A stretch of DNA of 64,000 nt from Parcubacteria group bacterium Gr01-1014_30 (GTDB lineage Bacteria > Patescibacteriota > Minisyncoccia > Minisyncoccales > 2-12-FULL-40-12), in assembly GCA_007376185.1 (NCBI GenBank), contig VMFS01000007.1:1390-65389 (forward strand). The letters run 5' to 3'. Of the stretch, positions 1-9,291 are shown piece after piece; the first letter of the stretch is position 1, and each line of letters begins with the position of its first letter. Made by a program: the position numbers and the translations under genes. The notes below the pieces were generated by a model, which did not search any database, was not told where the DNA came from, and was given only the letters and a program-made list of their open reading frames with translations.

Positions 1-77
1 TTAACTATAAGAATCAAACGATTTTAATAAAGAAAATTGGCACCCACAAAGAATACGAGAAATGGGAAATAATTTAG
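1..77 (+). CDS. HigB/RelE-like toxin, C-terminal fragment (gene begins upstream of window)
   Basis: Frame 3 reads NYKNQTILIKKIGTHKEYEKWEII*. The IGTHxEY ending is typical of HigB-type toxins. The stop (75-77) lies just before the HigA-like HTH gene. Confidence 0.45.
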   Translation, partial: NYKNQTILIKKIGTHKEYEKWEII

Positions 78-85
78 CAAATAAT

Positions 86-1303
86 ATGGACAAAATTAAA
101 GTTATCAAAACTGAACAAGATTACCTTGCAGCCCTCAAATTAGTTGAGGAGCTAATGGATCGTGATCCAGGTCCAGATTCTCCCGAAGGAGAACAGCTTA
201 GCCTACTCACCACCCTCATCCAAGACTACGAAGCCCGTGTATTTCCGCAGACTCTTCCTGATCCAATCGAAGCAATTAAATTCAGAATGGAGCAAGCCGA
301 CCTCAAGCCCGCTGATCTTATTCCTTATATCGGCAGCAGAAGCAGAGTATCGGAAATTCTTTCTGGTAAACGACAATTAACTTTGGATATGGTAAGAGCA
401 CTATCCGAAGGTCTCGGTATTCCCGCAAAAGTCCTAATACAAAAACCAGAGTTAGAACAAGATGCTGAGTTGAATGCGTGGGATAACAATCTCGTTAAAG
501 AGATGGGCAAACGAGGTTACTTTGGCGCTACTACTTTCAAAGAGGAAAATAAGATATCACTTCTTAAGAGTTTTTTCTCTGCGACTGGACACAATATGCA
601 GATTGTAGGGATGCTTCGAAAATCTCCGCATTACCGTACTTCGCCTCTTACGGATAAACGAGCGCTTATCGTATGGTCTACACAAATCTTTAAGAAAGCA
701 AAAAAAATAAAAGCCCCTATTAAATATAAGCATGGGGCATTAAACTTAGAATTTCTCAGAGATTTAGCAAAGAAAAGTATTGATAAAAACGGGCCCTTAT
801 TGGCACAAAATCATCTTAGAAAGAATGGGATTATTCTTGTTATTGAACCTCATTTTTCAAAAACCTATTTAGATGGCGTAACCCTCTTGCTTAATAAAGA
901 CAACCCGGTTATAGGGTTAACGCTTCGATACGATCGTCTTGATAACTTTTGGTTTACTCTTATGCATGAACTTGCGCACATCTCTTTACACTACGATAAA
1001 GATATTACTCTTTTCTACGATGAAATCGAAGGCGTGAGAGGGGTTGATATCAACGACATAGAAAATGAGGCCGATCAAATGGCGCGAGAGGCACTAGTAC
1101 CCAATAGCAAATGGGAAAATAGTCCTGCCAAATTAATTCCATCTCCAATGGCTGCTCAAAGTTTAGCCAACGAGCTTGGTGTTCACGTGGCAATTGTTGC
1201 TGGTATTATGCGCTATGAACATAAAAATTTCTATTACTTGAACAAAATTGTTAATAGCTACAAAGTCAAGGATTATTTTAGCAGGCAATTATCTAGCAAA
1301 TAA
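86..1303 (+). CDS. XRE/HigA-type HTH fused to ImmA/IrrE-family zinc metallopeptidase
   Basis: ORF 62-1303; likely start is ATG 86 (MDKIKVIK). N-terminal HTH (SRVSEILSGKRQLTLDMVRALSEGLGI). C-terminal HExxH (FTLMHELAHISLH) followed by ENEADQMA, as in the ImmA/IrrE family. Confidence 0.75.
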   Translation: MDKIKVIKTEQDYLAALKLVEELMDRDPGPDSPEGEQLSLLTTLIQDYEARVFPQTLPDPIEAIKFRMEQADLKPADLIPYIGSRSRVSEILSGKRQLTLDMVRALSEGLGIPAKVLIQKPELEQDAELNAWDNNLVKEMGKRGYFGATTFKEENKISLLKSFFSATGHNMQIVGMLRKSPHYRTSPLTDKRALIVWSTQIFKKAKKIKAPIKYKHGALNLEFLRDLAKKSIDKNGPLLAQNHLRKNGIILVIEPHFSKTYLDGVTLLLNKDNPVIGLTLRYDRLDNFWFTLMHELAHISLHYDKDITLFYDEIEGVRGVDINDIENEADQMAREALVPNSKWENSPAKLIPSPMAAQSLANELGVHVAIVAGIMRYEHKNFYYLNKIVNSYKVKDYFSRQLSSK

Positions 1304-1304
1304 C

Positions 1305-2417
1305 ATGTTTAATCATAAGCATTACGTCCCAATATTACGATGGAGGGCTGCTGAAAAAGGAGCACTTCTTAAATTAAAAGACGAACATAAATCATTGGTA
1401 ACACCCCTAATTGAGTTCATCATGCCTCAACCAAATAGTGACGGCGAGAAAACACCGAAGGAATTGTTACAGGAATCCATAGAAAAATTCTCAGAAAATA
1501 TCCCAGGCATCGCTGATCAAGTCGTAAAATATTGGGGGCGCAATACAGTTTTTGTAGATGTTCAGCTGATTGATGGTTCAATAAGAGCAGAAACATTGAA
1601 AAAAATCTTGGAACATGGAAAGCAGCTCGATATCTTTATGATTCCTGTAATCACTATTATACCCGTAGTTGGTTTTGAGTCAGATTCTCAAACGAGACGT
1701 GTTGCATTAGAGTTTATAAAGCAAAGTGGTCACGGGCTTTGTCTGAGAATTACCGATTCAAACTTCAAAGAAAAAACACTTTCTGGAGATATAGAAAACT
1801 TTTTGAGAGAAAATGGCATAGATACTAAGGATATTGACATGCTCATAGATTTCAAAGTGGTTAATGAGCAGACCTTAGTGGATTCTCTAGTAGAAAAAAT
1901 AAACGTCATTCCAAACTTAGAAGGATGGAGGACTTTTATAGTAGCGGGAGGCGCTTTCCCACAAGACCTTTCACACCTAGAGAAGCATAATCAATACGAC
2001 ATTCCGCGTTCTGATTGGGCGATTTGGAAAAATCTGACTGGTAAGCTAAAAAGACAGCCCTCGTTTGCTGACTACACTGTTCAATATCCAATATACTTAC
2101 AACAAACCTCCGCTTCTAATCCAAGCGCTAGCATTCGATATTCTCTTGAAGAAAAGTGGGTAATTGTAAGAGGCGAAGGTCTGCGAAATCCAAAAGGAGC
2201 TGGATTCAAACAATATCCAGCTCAGGCGCAGATACTCGCTAATCAGAAAAACGTTTTTAAAGGGAAAAACTTCAGTGCTGGAGATGCCTATATTGCCGAG
2301 AAAGCAAAAGATATAAACACAAAAAAGACAGGTAATCCAAAAACTTGGTTAGAAGCTGGCATTAACCACCATGTGTCACTGGTTGCGGATCAGATCTCCA
2401 GCCTACGCGAGAAATAA
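1305..2417 (+). CDS. Beta-protein / sce7725-like family protein (function unknown)
   Basis: ORF 1248-2417; likely start is ATG 1305 (MFNHKHYVPILRWRAAEKGAL). The N-terminal YVPIL+x+xxE signature matches my memory of the Beta_protein/sce7725 family. Not verified by search. Confidence 0.5.
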   Translation: MFNHKHYVPILRWRAAEKGALLKLKDEHKSLVTPLIEFIMPQPNSDGEKTPKELLQESIEKFSENIPGIADQVVKYWGRNTVFVDVQLIDGSIRAETLKKILEHGKQLDIFMIPVITIIPVVGFESDSQTRRVALEFIKQSGHGLCLRITDSNFKEKTLSGDIENFLRENGIDTKDIDMLIDFKVVNEQTLVDSLVEKINVIPNLEGWRTFIVAGGAFPQDLSHLEKHNQYDIPRSDWAIWKNLTGKLKRQPSFADYTVQYPIYLQQTSASNPSASIRYSLEEKWVIVRGEGLRNPKGAGFKQYPAQAQILANQKNVFKGKNFSAGDAYIAEKAKDINTKKTGNPKTWLEAGINHHVSLVADQISSLREK

Positions 2418-2997
2418 GAGTCGAGCTTACGTATTTTTTAAGAGTATCGCGATCTAATATTTCTACCAATCGCCGATACACAAATTCTCTTGGCTTAGAT
2501 CGTATGCCATCTGCCCGATTGCGCTGTTCTAATTTCTTCAATGCTTCTTCTCTCCAAAGTAAACGGGCAATGGAAATATCTTGCTGAAGCTGATTTTGGC
2601 CTGCTTTCCTGATTGTTTGAAAAATAATCTCTCCATTCCCGTTTTCTTTTGCAAGCATAATACCCCACCACTCTTGAATTTCATGAATGGCTTGGTATAG
2701 ATAGCGCTTACCTACGACAAGCGTAAGCTTATCAAAAACTTCGTTGAATTCTTGAACTTGCTCTGGTAGCCGCTCCAATGTGTCGCGATCACTTTTTATT
2801 TCGTACCCACACATTTCACCATTTATAATCGCGTAGTCTATTCTTGCTATGCCGTGCTGAACACCAAGTTCTTCAAAAATTTCAGCCTTTGGTTCTTTTT
2901 TTCGGTACTCTTTCAGTTTCTTTTCTAAAACTTCCCGGAGAGCTAAACGTATGGCCTTATCGTTTGTTGAAAACATTTGATTTTGAATAGTTGCCAT
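2362..2997 (-). CDS. sce7726-like protein, probable PD-(D/E)xK nuclease fold
   Basis: 211-aa ORF, convergent with and overlapping the previous gene by 56 nt. The ARIDYAIINGEMCGYEIKSDRDTLERL core (D...EIK) resembles restriction-endonuclease-like folds and the sce7726 family. Confidence 0.5.
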   Translation of the reverse strand: MATIQNQMFSTNDKAIRLALREVLEKKLKEYRKKEPKAEIFEELGVQHGIARIDYAIINGEMCGYEIKSDRDTLERLPEQVQEFNEVFDKLTLVVGKRYLYQAIHEIQEWWGIMLAKENGNGEIIFQTIRKAGQNQLQQDISIARLLWREEALKKLEQRNRADGIRSKPREFVYRRLVEILDRDTLKKYVSSTLISRVGWRSDPQPVTHGG

Positions 2998-3255
2998 AAA
3001 ATTATTGGAAACACTCTCTTAATATATTTTAGCATTTTTACAAAAAACCAGCCATTTTTAGATAAGGGGATAACTTAAGTAATAGTATTAAGTTCTGACA
3101 GCCGCAGCCCCGCCAAAAAATTCGCCTGCCCAAGCGAGGGTGCGGCGGGCGGGCTGGCTTCCTTAGTCAGGATTCGTTTGATAAAAAGTTCGGATTTCAT
3201 CCAGGAGGGACAGCCGTATTTGACGATAGGAAGCAAGTGGTGTTAATATAAATAT

Positions 3256-3411
3256 ATGGCAAAGCAATTTACCGCAATTTATAAAAAAAGCGGAAAGTGG
3301 TATTTGGGTTGGGTTGAGGAAATTCCTGGAGTTAACACCCAAGGCAAGACCCTTCAAGAGGTTAAAGAAAATTTAAAAGAGGCGCTTTTATTGATTTTGG
3401 GTCGGTCGTAG
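3256..3411 (+). CDS. HicB-like antitoxin (UPF0150-type small protein)
   Basis: 51-aa ORF below the track threshold: MAKQFTAIYKKSGKWYLGWVEEIPGVNTQGKTLQEVKENLKEALLLILGRS. The pattern (W..-V-E-IPG-..-QG-T-EE-..NL+EA) is typical of the HicB N-terminal domain. Confidence 0.55.
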   Translation: MAKQFTAIYKKSGKWYLGWVEEIPGVNTQGKTLQEVKENLKEALLLILGRS

Positions 3412-3439
3412 AAAAATAGATTTATAATTAGTTAATTTT

Positions 3440-3787
3440 ATGGCAAAAGTAATCATAACTAAAGAGTTGAAAGATAAAATAGACGGGGGAGAAGATTTTT
3501 ATCTTATAGACGCTCTTTCTCCCGATAGCTTTGAAGCGCGTCATATCCCAGGCGCAAAAAATGTGCAGAACGGTCAGGAATTTTTGAGTCAGTTTGAAGA
3601 ACAAGTTAAAGCGGCAAAAGACGCGGAAATAGTTATTTACTGTTCATCGGCTACATGTATGGCATCGGTGCAGGCAGCCGCGACGCTCGAGAAAGCTGGC
3701 TACACCAATGTTGCTCATTACAAAGATGGCCTTGCGGGATGGCAGGATGCCGGCTATAAATTTGAGGGGGAAGCCGTTAATCAGTAG
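3440..3787 (+). CDS. rhodanese-like sulfurtransferase domain protein
   Basis: 115 aa with ARHIPGAKN, the active-site loop YCSSATCMAS, and the GYTNVAHYKDGLAGW tail. Confidence 0.8.
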   Translation: MAKVIITKELKDKIDGGEDFYLIDALSPDSFEARHIPGAKNVQNGQEFLSQFEEQVKAAKDAEIVIYCSSATCMASVQAAATLEKAGYTNVAHYKDGLAGWQDAGYKFEGEAVNQ

Positions 3788-3800
3788 GCATTCCTTCAGA

Positions 3801-3836
3801 AAAAACACGGCGCCTTGGCGCCGTGTTTTTTCTTGC
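3801..3836 (+). terminator. rho-independent terminator
   Basis: aaaaacacggcgcc-ttgg-cgccgtgttttttc: GC-rich stem followed by a T tract, directly after the rhodanese stop codon. Confidence 0.65.
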
Positions 3837-3891
3837 TTTGGTTGGTTAAATTGGGTAAAATGATAAAGAAAATCTAGCTCAGTAGCAAACT

Positions 3892-4230
3892 ATGCAAATC
3901 TTGGAGAAGCCAATTGAAAAAGAAGAACTTCAGCAGATGGCCGCAAAAATGTTTGGCAATCTTGTGAAAGCTGTTGTTGATGTGGAGCGCGAAATTGTCG
4001 CCATAGACGGGGAACTGCATTCCGACCTCGCAGAGCTCTTAACCGAAAAGGGTTCGGCGGGCAAAAATCTATGGGGTGTTAATATATATCCCGATGCTCT
4101 CGACGATTGGCTGGAATTTGATTCGGTACTCAACTTAAAACCTCATTTTGGCAATCGTTCAAGGAGCGTTGAAGACCCGATGATGCGTGAACAAATTACC
4201 AAAATCCTTAAAAAATTCATTAGTTTATGA
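3892..4230 (+). CDS. hypothetical protein (possibly DUF5674-like)
   Basis: 112-aa ORF whose stop overlaps the next start. No diagnostic motif. Confidence 0.35.
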   Translation: MQILEKPIEKEELQQMAAKMFGNLVKAVVDVEREIVAIDGELHSDLAELLTEKGSAGKNLWGVNIYPDALDDWLEFDSVLNLKPHFGNRSRSVEDPMMREQITKILKKFISL

Positions 4231-4559
4231 CTTTTCAACACAAGGAGTTGGCTTCGGGCAGGTGGAATAAGTTCTCTTTTTTCTTCCAGATGGCGAACAT
4301 AGGCAGTGAAGTTGGGAGAGCTTTGAAATGGCAGCAAAAAGATGCCAAAAACAGCCGCTTGGCCGCCGAACGGGCGCTTGAGCTTCTTGATTTGACCATC
4401 GAAGACCCCAAGAATCACACGCCGTCGCGACTCAAAGAACTTTGGCGGTTGAGAGAGTTTATGGCCGATTCTTTATTTTTTGGCAATGAGTACAAGACCG
4501 CTGAAAAATCCTGGCGCAGCTATTTTGACGCTTTTGCTTGGGCGTCTGCGCTTGAATAA
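4227..4559 (+). CDS. hypothetical protein
   Basis: 110-aa ORF, translationally coupled on both sides (4227 overlap; the next gene starts at 4560). Confidence 0.35.
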   Translation: MTFQHKELASGRWNKFSFFFQMANIGSEVGRALKWQQKDAKNSRLAAERALELLDLTIEDPKNHTPSRLKELWRLREFMADSLFFGNEYKTAEKSWRSYFDAFAWASALE

Positions 4560-5195
4560 ATGGTCAAGAAACTTTTTTTAGTTAGACATGGAGAAAGTGA
4601 AGCCAACGCCGCCAATGTTCAGCTTGGGGGCGAAGGGCATCTTACCGCCAAAGGCAAAATGGAAGCCAAGAAATTGGCCGGCAGATTCCGGAAAATTCCG
4701 GTTGATTTGATTTTGGCGTCGGATTACGAAAGGTCTTTGGAAACAGCAGAGATAATATGCAGGAAAATCCGCAAAAAACTTTTGGTAACGGAGCTTCTCC
4801 GCGAGCAACGTTCATCCAAAGAGTATTTGGGCAGGAGATATGAGCAGCCAAGAGATCCCGTTATAGCCCGTATAGCGGCCTTGCGCAAAAAATATATGAA
4901 CAAGAAGAACTGGCATTACTCTGACGAAGAAAATTTTTTTGATGCTTTGAAGCGGGCAAAAAAGTTTTTGCGCTTTGTTGAAAGAAGGAAAAAGAAAAAC
5001 ATTGTGGCAGTGGGACACGCCAGGTTCAACCGAGTGATTATCGGCGCCATGGTTTTTGGGAAGGCGTTCACGCCAGAGATATTTTACAAGCTGTACGACA
5101 ACTTCAAAACCGTAAACACGGGAATCACTTTTTGTGAACTTCAAGAAGGCAAATGGCGCATTATTACCTGGAACGACCACGCGCATTTGGGTTAA
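4560..5195 (+). CDS. histidine phosphatase (phosphoglycerate-mutase-like) family protein
   Basis: N-terminal LVRHGESEAN (RHG motif) and a later GHARF histidine. Confidence 0.8.
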   Translation: MVKKLFLVRHGESEANAANVQLGGEGHLTAKGKMEAKKLAGRFRKIPVDLILASDYERSLETAEIICRKIRKKLLVTELLREQRSSKEYLGRRYEQPRDPVIARIAALRKKYMNKKNWHYSDEENFFDALKRAKKFLRFVERRKKKNIVAVGHARFNRVIIGAMVFGKAFTPEIFYKLYDNFKTVNTGITFCELQEGKWRIITWNDHAHLG

Positions 5196-5207
5196 GCGGC
5201 AGTTAAT

Positions 5208-6092
5208 ATGAAAAATAAAATTTTAAGCAAAGCAGATTTATTAGTGTTAGGGTTTATTTTTGTTGTCGTTTTCGCGGGTTTTCTGTCGTATCAGTACTAC
5301 CACTTGGAGCAGTATTCCTTAAACCTTGAAAAAGAGCTTTTGCAGATAAAAGGCAACCTTGAAGCAAAAAGCATGGAACTTCAAAATACAATTTTAGACA
5401 GAGACACTTTAGCTCAAAAACTTGAAGAAGAAAAAAGCAGGATGGATGAGCTTGCCGTTCAAGTTGCGGATATAACCAGCGCTGTCGGATTGATCGAAAA
5501 AATACAGGCTACCGATGAGGAGCTTTTGCAAAAATATTCAAGAGTGTATTTTTTAAACGAAAATTATGTGCCAGAGAGTTTAACTCAAATTGACCAAGCT
5601 TACTTATATAACCCAGATAAGGGGCAATATCTTTACACAAAAGTGATGCAGTTTTTGCAAATTTTACTTCAAGCTGCAGCGGCTGATGGAGTAGACCTTA
5701 AAATTATTTCGGCGTACAGGTCTTTTGGTGAACAAGCCAGCTTAAAATACAGCTACAAGGTGACTTATGGCTCTGGCGCCAACAAGTTTTCTGCAGACCA
5801 AGGGTATTCGGAGCATCAGCTCGGCACAACGGTTGATTTCACCAACTCAGAAATTGGCTCAACCATGGCCGGCTTTGATAAAACAAACACCTATGAGTGG
5901 CTCCGGCAAAATGCTTTCAAATACGGGTTTGCGCTGTCTTATCCTAAAGGCAACACTTATTATTATTTTGAGCCGTGGCACTGGCGTTTTGTCGGCACGC
6001 GATTGGCAGAGAGATTGCACTCAGAAGGGAAATATTTTTACGATTTGGACCAACGCGATATAAACACCTACATTGTTTCACTCTTTGATTAG
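5208..6092 (+). CDS. M15B/VanY-type D-alanyl-D-alanine carboxypeptidase, membrane anchored
   Basis: N-terminal TM segment and coiled coil. SAYRSFGEQ, SEHQLGTTVDF and EPWHWRF zinc-ligand motifs. Confidence 0.8.
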   Translation: MKNKILSKADLLVLGFIFVVVFAGFLSYQYYHLEQYSLNLEKELLQIKGNLEAKSMELQNTILDRDTLAQKLEEEKSRMDELAVQVADITSAVGLIEKIQATDEELLQKYSRVYFLNENYVPESLTQIDQAYLYNPDKGQYLYTKVMQFLQILLQAAAADGVDLKIISAYRSFGEQASLKYSYKVTYGSGANKFSADQGYSEHQLGTTVDFTNSEIGSTMAGFDKTNTYEWLRQNAFKYGFALSYPKGNTYYYFEPWHWRFVGTRLAERLHSEGKYFYDLDQRDINTYIVSLFD

Positions 6093-6104
6093 AAAATTTA
6101 TTAT

Positions 6105-7313
6105 ATGATTGAAAATAGCATTGTTTACAGAAAGATCGGCGTAAAATATGAGTATCTGGCTTTGTCAAAAGCAGAGGGCTCTTTTGTTTGGGATAAAAGC
6201 GGGAAGAGATACATTGATTTTACATCTGTCTGGAATGTTACAAACCTTGGTTGGAATAATCCGGAGGTGACAGAAGCTCTTGTTGAACAAACAAAGAAAA
6301 ATACCCAAGGGCTCCTCTGGGGGTCAGACCCTATTCAGGAAGAATATGCGCGTGCTTTAACTGACACTCTGCCTAAAGAACTAGACGCTTGCATAAAAGA
6401 AACAGGCGGGACAGAATCGGTCGAGGTGTCAATAAAAGTTGCTCGCGCCTATACCGGCAGGAAAAAAATAATCGGCTTCAGGAACTCTTATCACGGCCAG
6501 CTTTTTGCTTCCTTAGCTCTGGGGAACCCTGCAGGTTCGCTAAAAAAAATAGAACCGCTTGTTCCCGAAATAATTTCGCTGGAATTTCCTCACGAAAGCG
6601 TCGGTAAAGATGGCTTTGAGCAGTTTGTTAATGACTTTGAGACAGTTCTCTCGCGCAGAGATGTTGCCGCGGTGGTTACGGAACCCGGAATAATCACAGG
6701 ATGGGGTTCAACGCTTGTCGCTTTTCCAGAGTTTCTCTCTGAAGTTCGCCGGCTTACTGAAAAATATGGGACACTTCTTATCGTTGACGAGGTAGGTACT
6801 GGTTTTTCGCGCACAGGAAAGCTTTTTGGAGTGGAGCATGAGAAAGTGGTCCCTGACATGATTGTCTTGGCCAAGGCAATTTCTAATGGAGCTGCGGCCA
6901 TCGGAACGGTAGTGGGCAAATCCGCGTTGTTTGAGCAAGCTTTAAATGACGCCGTTCTTGTTTCAACTTTTGGCTGGACGCCTCTGGCCTGCGCGGCGGC
7001 CCTAAAAACTCTTCAAATTCACAAGCGAGACAAGGTTTGGGAAATGGCTAAGGTTAAGGGCAATTACATTATGGAAGTTTTGAAAAAGAACATTGGCGGG
7101 AAAGTTATCGCTGTTCGGGGGAAAGGAATGGAGATTGGTCTTGAATTTACAGATGCCAAAACATGTGAGGAAGTTAGGCGAAAAGCTTTTGCCAACGGGC
7201 TACACATAGTCACTGGCAGTCAAAACAATATGCAGCTTATGCCACCCCTTACAATTCCGCAAGAAACACTGGAACAAGGTTTGGACATTTTGGTAAGGGG
7301 CATTCAGGAATAG
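6105..7313 (+). CDS. class III (PLP-dependent) aminotransferase
   Basis: GTESVE, SYHG, LLIVDEVGTGFSRTGKLFG and the PDMIVLAKAISNG Lys motif. Confidence 0.8.
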   Translation: MIENSIVYRKIGVKYEYLALSKAEGSFVWDKSGKRYIDFTSVWNVTNLGWNNPEVTEALVEQTKKNTQGLLWGSDPIQEEYARALTDTLPKELDACIKETGGTESVEVSIKVARAYTGRKKIIGFRNSYHGQLFASLALGNPAGSLKKIEPLVPEIISLEFPHESVGKDGFEQFVNDFETVLSRRDVAAVVTEPGIITGWGSTLVAFPEFLSEVRRLTEKYGTLLIVDEVGTGFSRTGKLFGVEHEKVVPDMIVLAKAISNGAAAIGTVVGKSALFEQALNDAVLVSTFGWTPLACAAALKTLQIHKRDKVWEMAKVKGNYIMEVLKKNIGGKVIAVRGKGMEIGLEFTDAKTCEEVRRKAFANGLHIVTGSQNNMQLMPPLTIPQETLEQGLDILVRGIQE

Positions 7314-7352
7314 TTTTGGAAAACAAATTGAAAGGGGTATAATAAAAACAGT

Positions 7353-8006
7353 ATGAAGGTAGCTAAGTATATTGACCATACAAATATAGCCAAAAAGGCA
7401 AAGGCAGCTGATATTAAGAGGACTTGCGCGGAGGCGAAAAAATACAGCTTTCGCTCCGTTGTGGTCAGGCCAAAGTGGGTCAAATTGTCAAAGTCAGAGC
7501 TGAAAAACACTCCAATAATGGTTGGGGTTTTGATTGACGACCCAATGGGCTTGAGCTCGCACCGGGATAGGGTTAAGTGGTGCCAAAAAGCCAAAAGAGA
7601 TGGCGCTGACGAGCTTGACGTTGTGATGAATATTATTGATTTGAAGTATGAGAGATACGCTAAGGTGCTGTCTGATTTGAAAGCCCTTTGCCGCATTTTG
7701 CCCACCAAAGTTATTATCGGCTCCGGATTTTTGACAGACGATGAAATTCTTAAGGCCTCGCAACTCGTGAAAAAAGCGGGAGCAATTTGCGTTAAAACCG
7801 CCACCGAAAAAGACCCTCTGGAGCATAGAGAGTTAAAGGAAAAAATTCACCACTTAGAGTTGATGAGAAAGGGAGCGCCCGGACTTTTGGTTAAGGCGTC
7901 GGGCCGCATCAACACTTTGTCTGACTTGCGCGCCGCTGTCCGAGCCGGCGCAAACATTGTCGGCACGAGCTCAGGAGTGAAAATTATACAGGAGTTGAAA
8001 AAGTAA
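7353..8006 (+). CDS. deoC: deoxyribose-phosphate aldolase-like
   Basis: IDHTNI start, GADELDVVMN, and VKTAT and VKASGRINT lysine motifs, then GANIVGTSSG. Confidence 0.65.
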   Translation: MKVAKYIDHTNIAKKAKAADIKRTCAEAKKYSFRSVVVRPKWVKLSKSELKNTPIMVGVLIDDPMGLSSHRDRVKWCQKAKRDGADELDVVMNIIDLKYERYAKVLSDLKALCRILPTKVIIGSGFLTDDEILKASQLVKKAGAICVKTATEKDPLEHRELKEKIHHLELMRKGAPGLLVKASGRINTLSDLRAAVRAGANIVGTSSGVKIIQELKK

Positions 8007-8009
8007 AAG

Positions 8010-8939
8010 ATGAAAAAACAAATCGCATTTATCGGATTGGGCAAGATGGGGTTTGGTATGGTGGAGCGGCTTTTGCAAAAAGGATGGGAGGTTGCTGCTT
8101 TTGACTTAGCCAAAGAAGCCGTACAAAAAGTGAGGGAAATAGGCGCCGAAGGCGCCGAATCGCTTAAAGAAGTCGCCGGGTTTTTCGAGCCGCCGCGGCT
8201 TTTTTGGATTATGGTTCCCTCCTTCGCCAAGGCTACGGCGGGCAGGCCGTCTGGCAAACCTGTTGACGACATTCTAGAAGGCATCGCTCCATTTTTGGAA
8301 AAGGGCGACATTGTGATTGACGGCGGCAACTCTTACTTTAAGGACTCGCAAAGAAGAGCTAAAGAGTTAGCCCAAAAAGAAGTTTTTTATCTGGACGTGG
8401 GGGTTTCGGGCGGCCCTGTTTCAATAAGAGAAGGCAAGTTTGCAATTATGGTTGGCGGCAAAAAAGAGGCTTACGATAAAACTGGGCCGGTGTTTGAAGC
8501 TCTGTCTGATACGCCTTCAGGATACATTGGCGAGTCGGGCGCAGGCCATTTCGTGAAAATGATTCACAACGGCATTGAATACGGAATGATGCAGGCCTTG
8601 GCTGAAGGATTCACTTTGTTGAAAGAAGCCCCGCTTGAAATTGGCGTTCAAGACGCCGCCAAAGTTTACAATCAGAACAGCATCATTACTTCTCGCTTGA
8701 CAAAATGGCTGCAGGAAGGATTTGAAAAGTATGGCGAGGAGTTGCCAGAAGCGTCTGGCAGCGTGGCGCACACGGGCGAAGGCGAGTGGACAGTGAAAAC
8801 GGCAAAAGAGATGAAAATACCGGTTCCAGTCATTGAAGCCGCTTTCCGTTTCAGAGTGGAGTCGCAAAAAAAGCCGAGCTACACCGGCAAAATTCTTTCT
8901 ATGTTGAGAGCGGTTTTCGGCGGTCATAGTATGAAGTAG
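8010..8939 (+). CDS. gnd: 6-phosphogluconate dehydrogenase, short (YqeC-like) form
   Basis: IGLGKMG Rossmann start, IDGGNSY and GAGHFVKMIHNGIEYGMMQALAEGF signatures. Confidence 0.8.
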   Translation: MKKQIAFIGLGKMGFGMVERLLQKGWEVAAFDLAKEAVQKVREIGAEGAESLKEVAGFFEPPRLFWIMVPSFAKATAGRPSGKPVDDILEGIAPFLEKGDIVIDGGNSYFKDSQRRAKELAQKEVFYLDVGVSGGPVSIREGKFAIMVGGKKEAYDKTGPVFEALSDTPSGYIGESGAGHFVKMIHNGIEYGMMQALAEGFTLLKEAPLEIGVQDAAKVYNQNSIITSRLTKWLQEGFEKYGEELPEASGSVAHTGEGEWTVKTAKEMKIPVPVIEAAFRFRVESQKKPSYTGKILSMLRAVFGGHSMK

Positions 8940-9291
8940 GCAATAGTCGTTCGGCAACGAATTAAGCGCTCGCCGCATCCGCGCAAGCGAGGCGTAGCCG
9001 AGTGTAGCGCGGGAGAAGAGAATGAAGTTCTCTGCGACCCCATCGGGGAGCTCGCTGAACCTTCGGTTCCTCTCGCCCTTTGTTTCCGCTTCGCGGAAAC
9101 TCGGAGCACGCAGTCGCCGTAAAGGTGTAATATAAACTATATTCACTGGCGCTGCTATCTCTCGCCCCGCCTCAAACTGACAGGTGGTTATACAAAACTC
9201 TCAGTTGGCGGGGCTGCGAGGTGCACCCCTCACGGGAATGCGGCTCGCTCCAATTTCGTAATTTCGTATAATTTTCGTATTTCGTAGCATT

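Noticed and set aside
3160-3255. A possible HicA toxin remnant upstream of the HicB-like ORF. One frame reads VRIRLIKSSDFIQEGQPYLTIGSKWC*.
   Set aside because: There is only a faint resemblance to the HicA N-terminus. It has no start codon, no GSH motif, and stops after 27 codons. That is too weak to annotate even as a pseudogene.
3163-3357. A 64-aa minus-strand ORF in the track.
   Set aside because: It overlaps the better-supported + strand HicB-like ORF in antisense and has no motifs.
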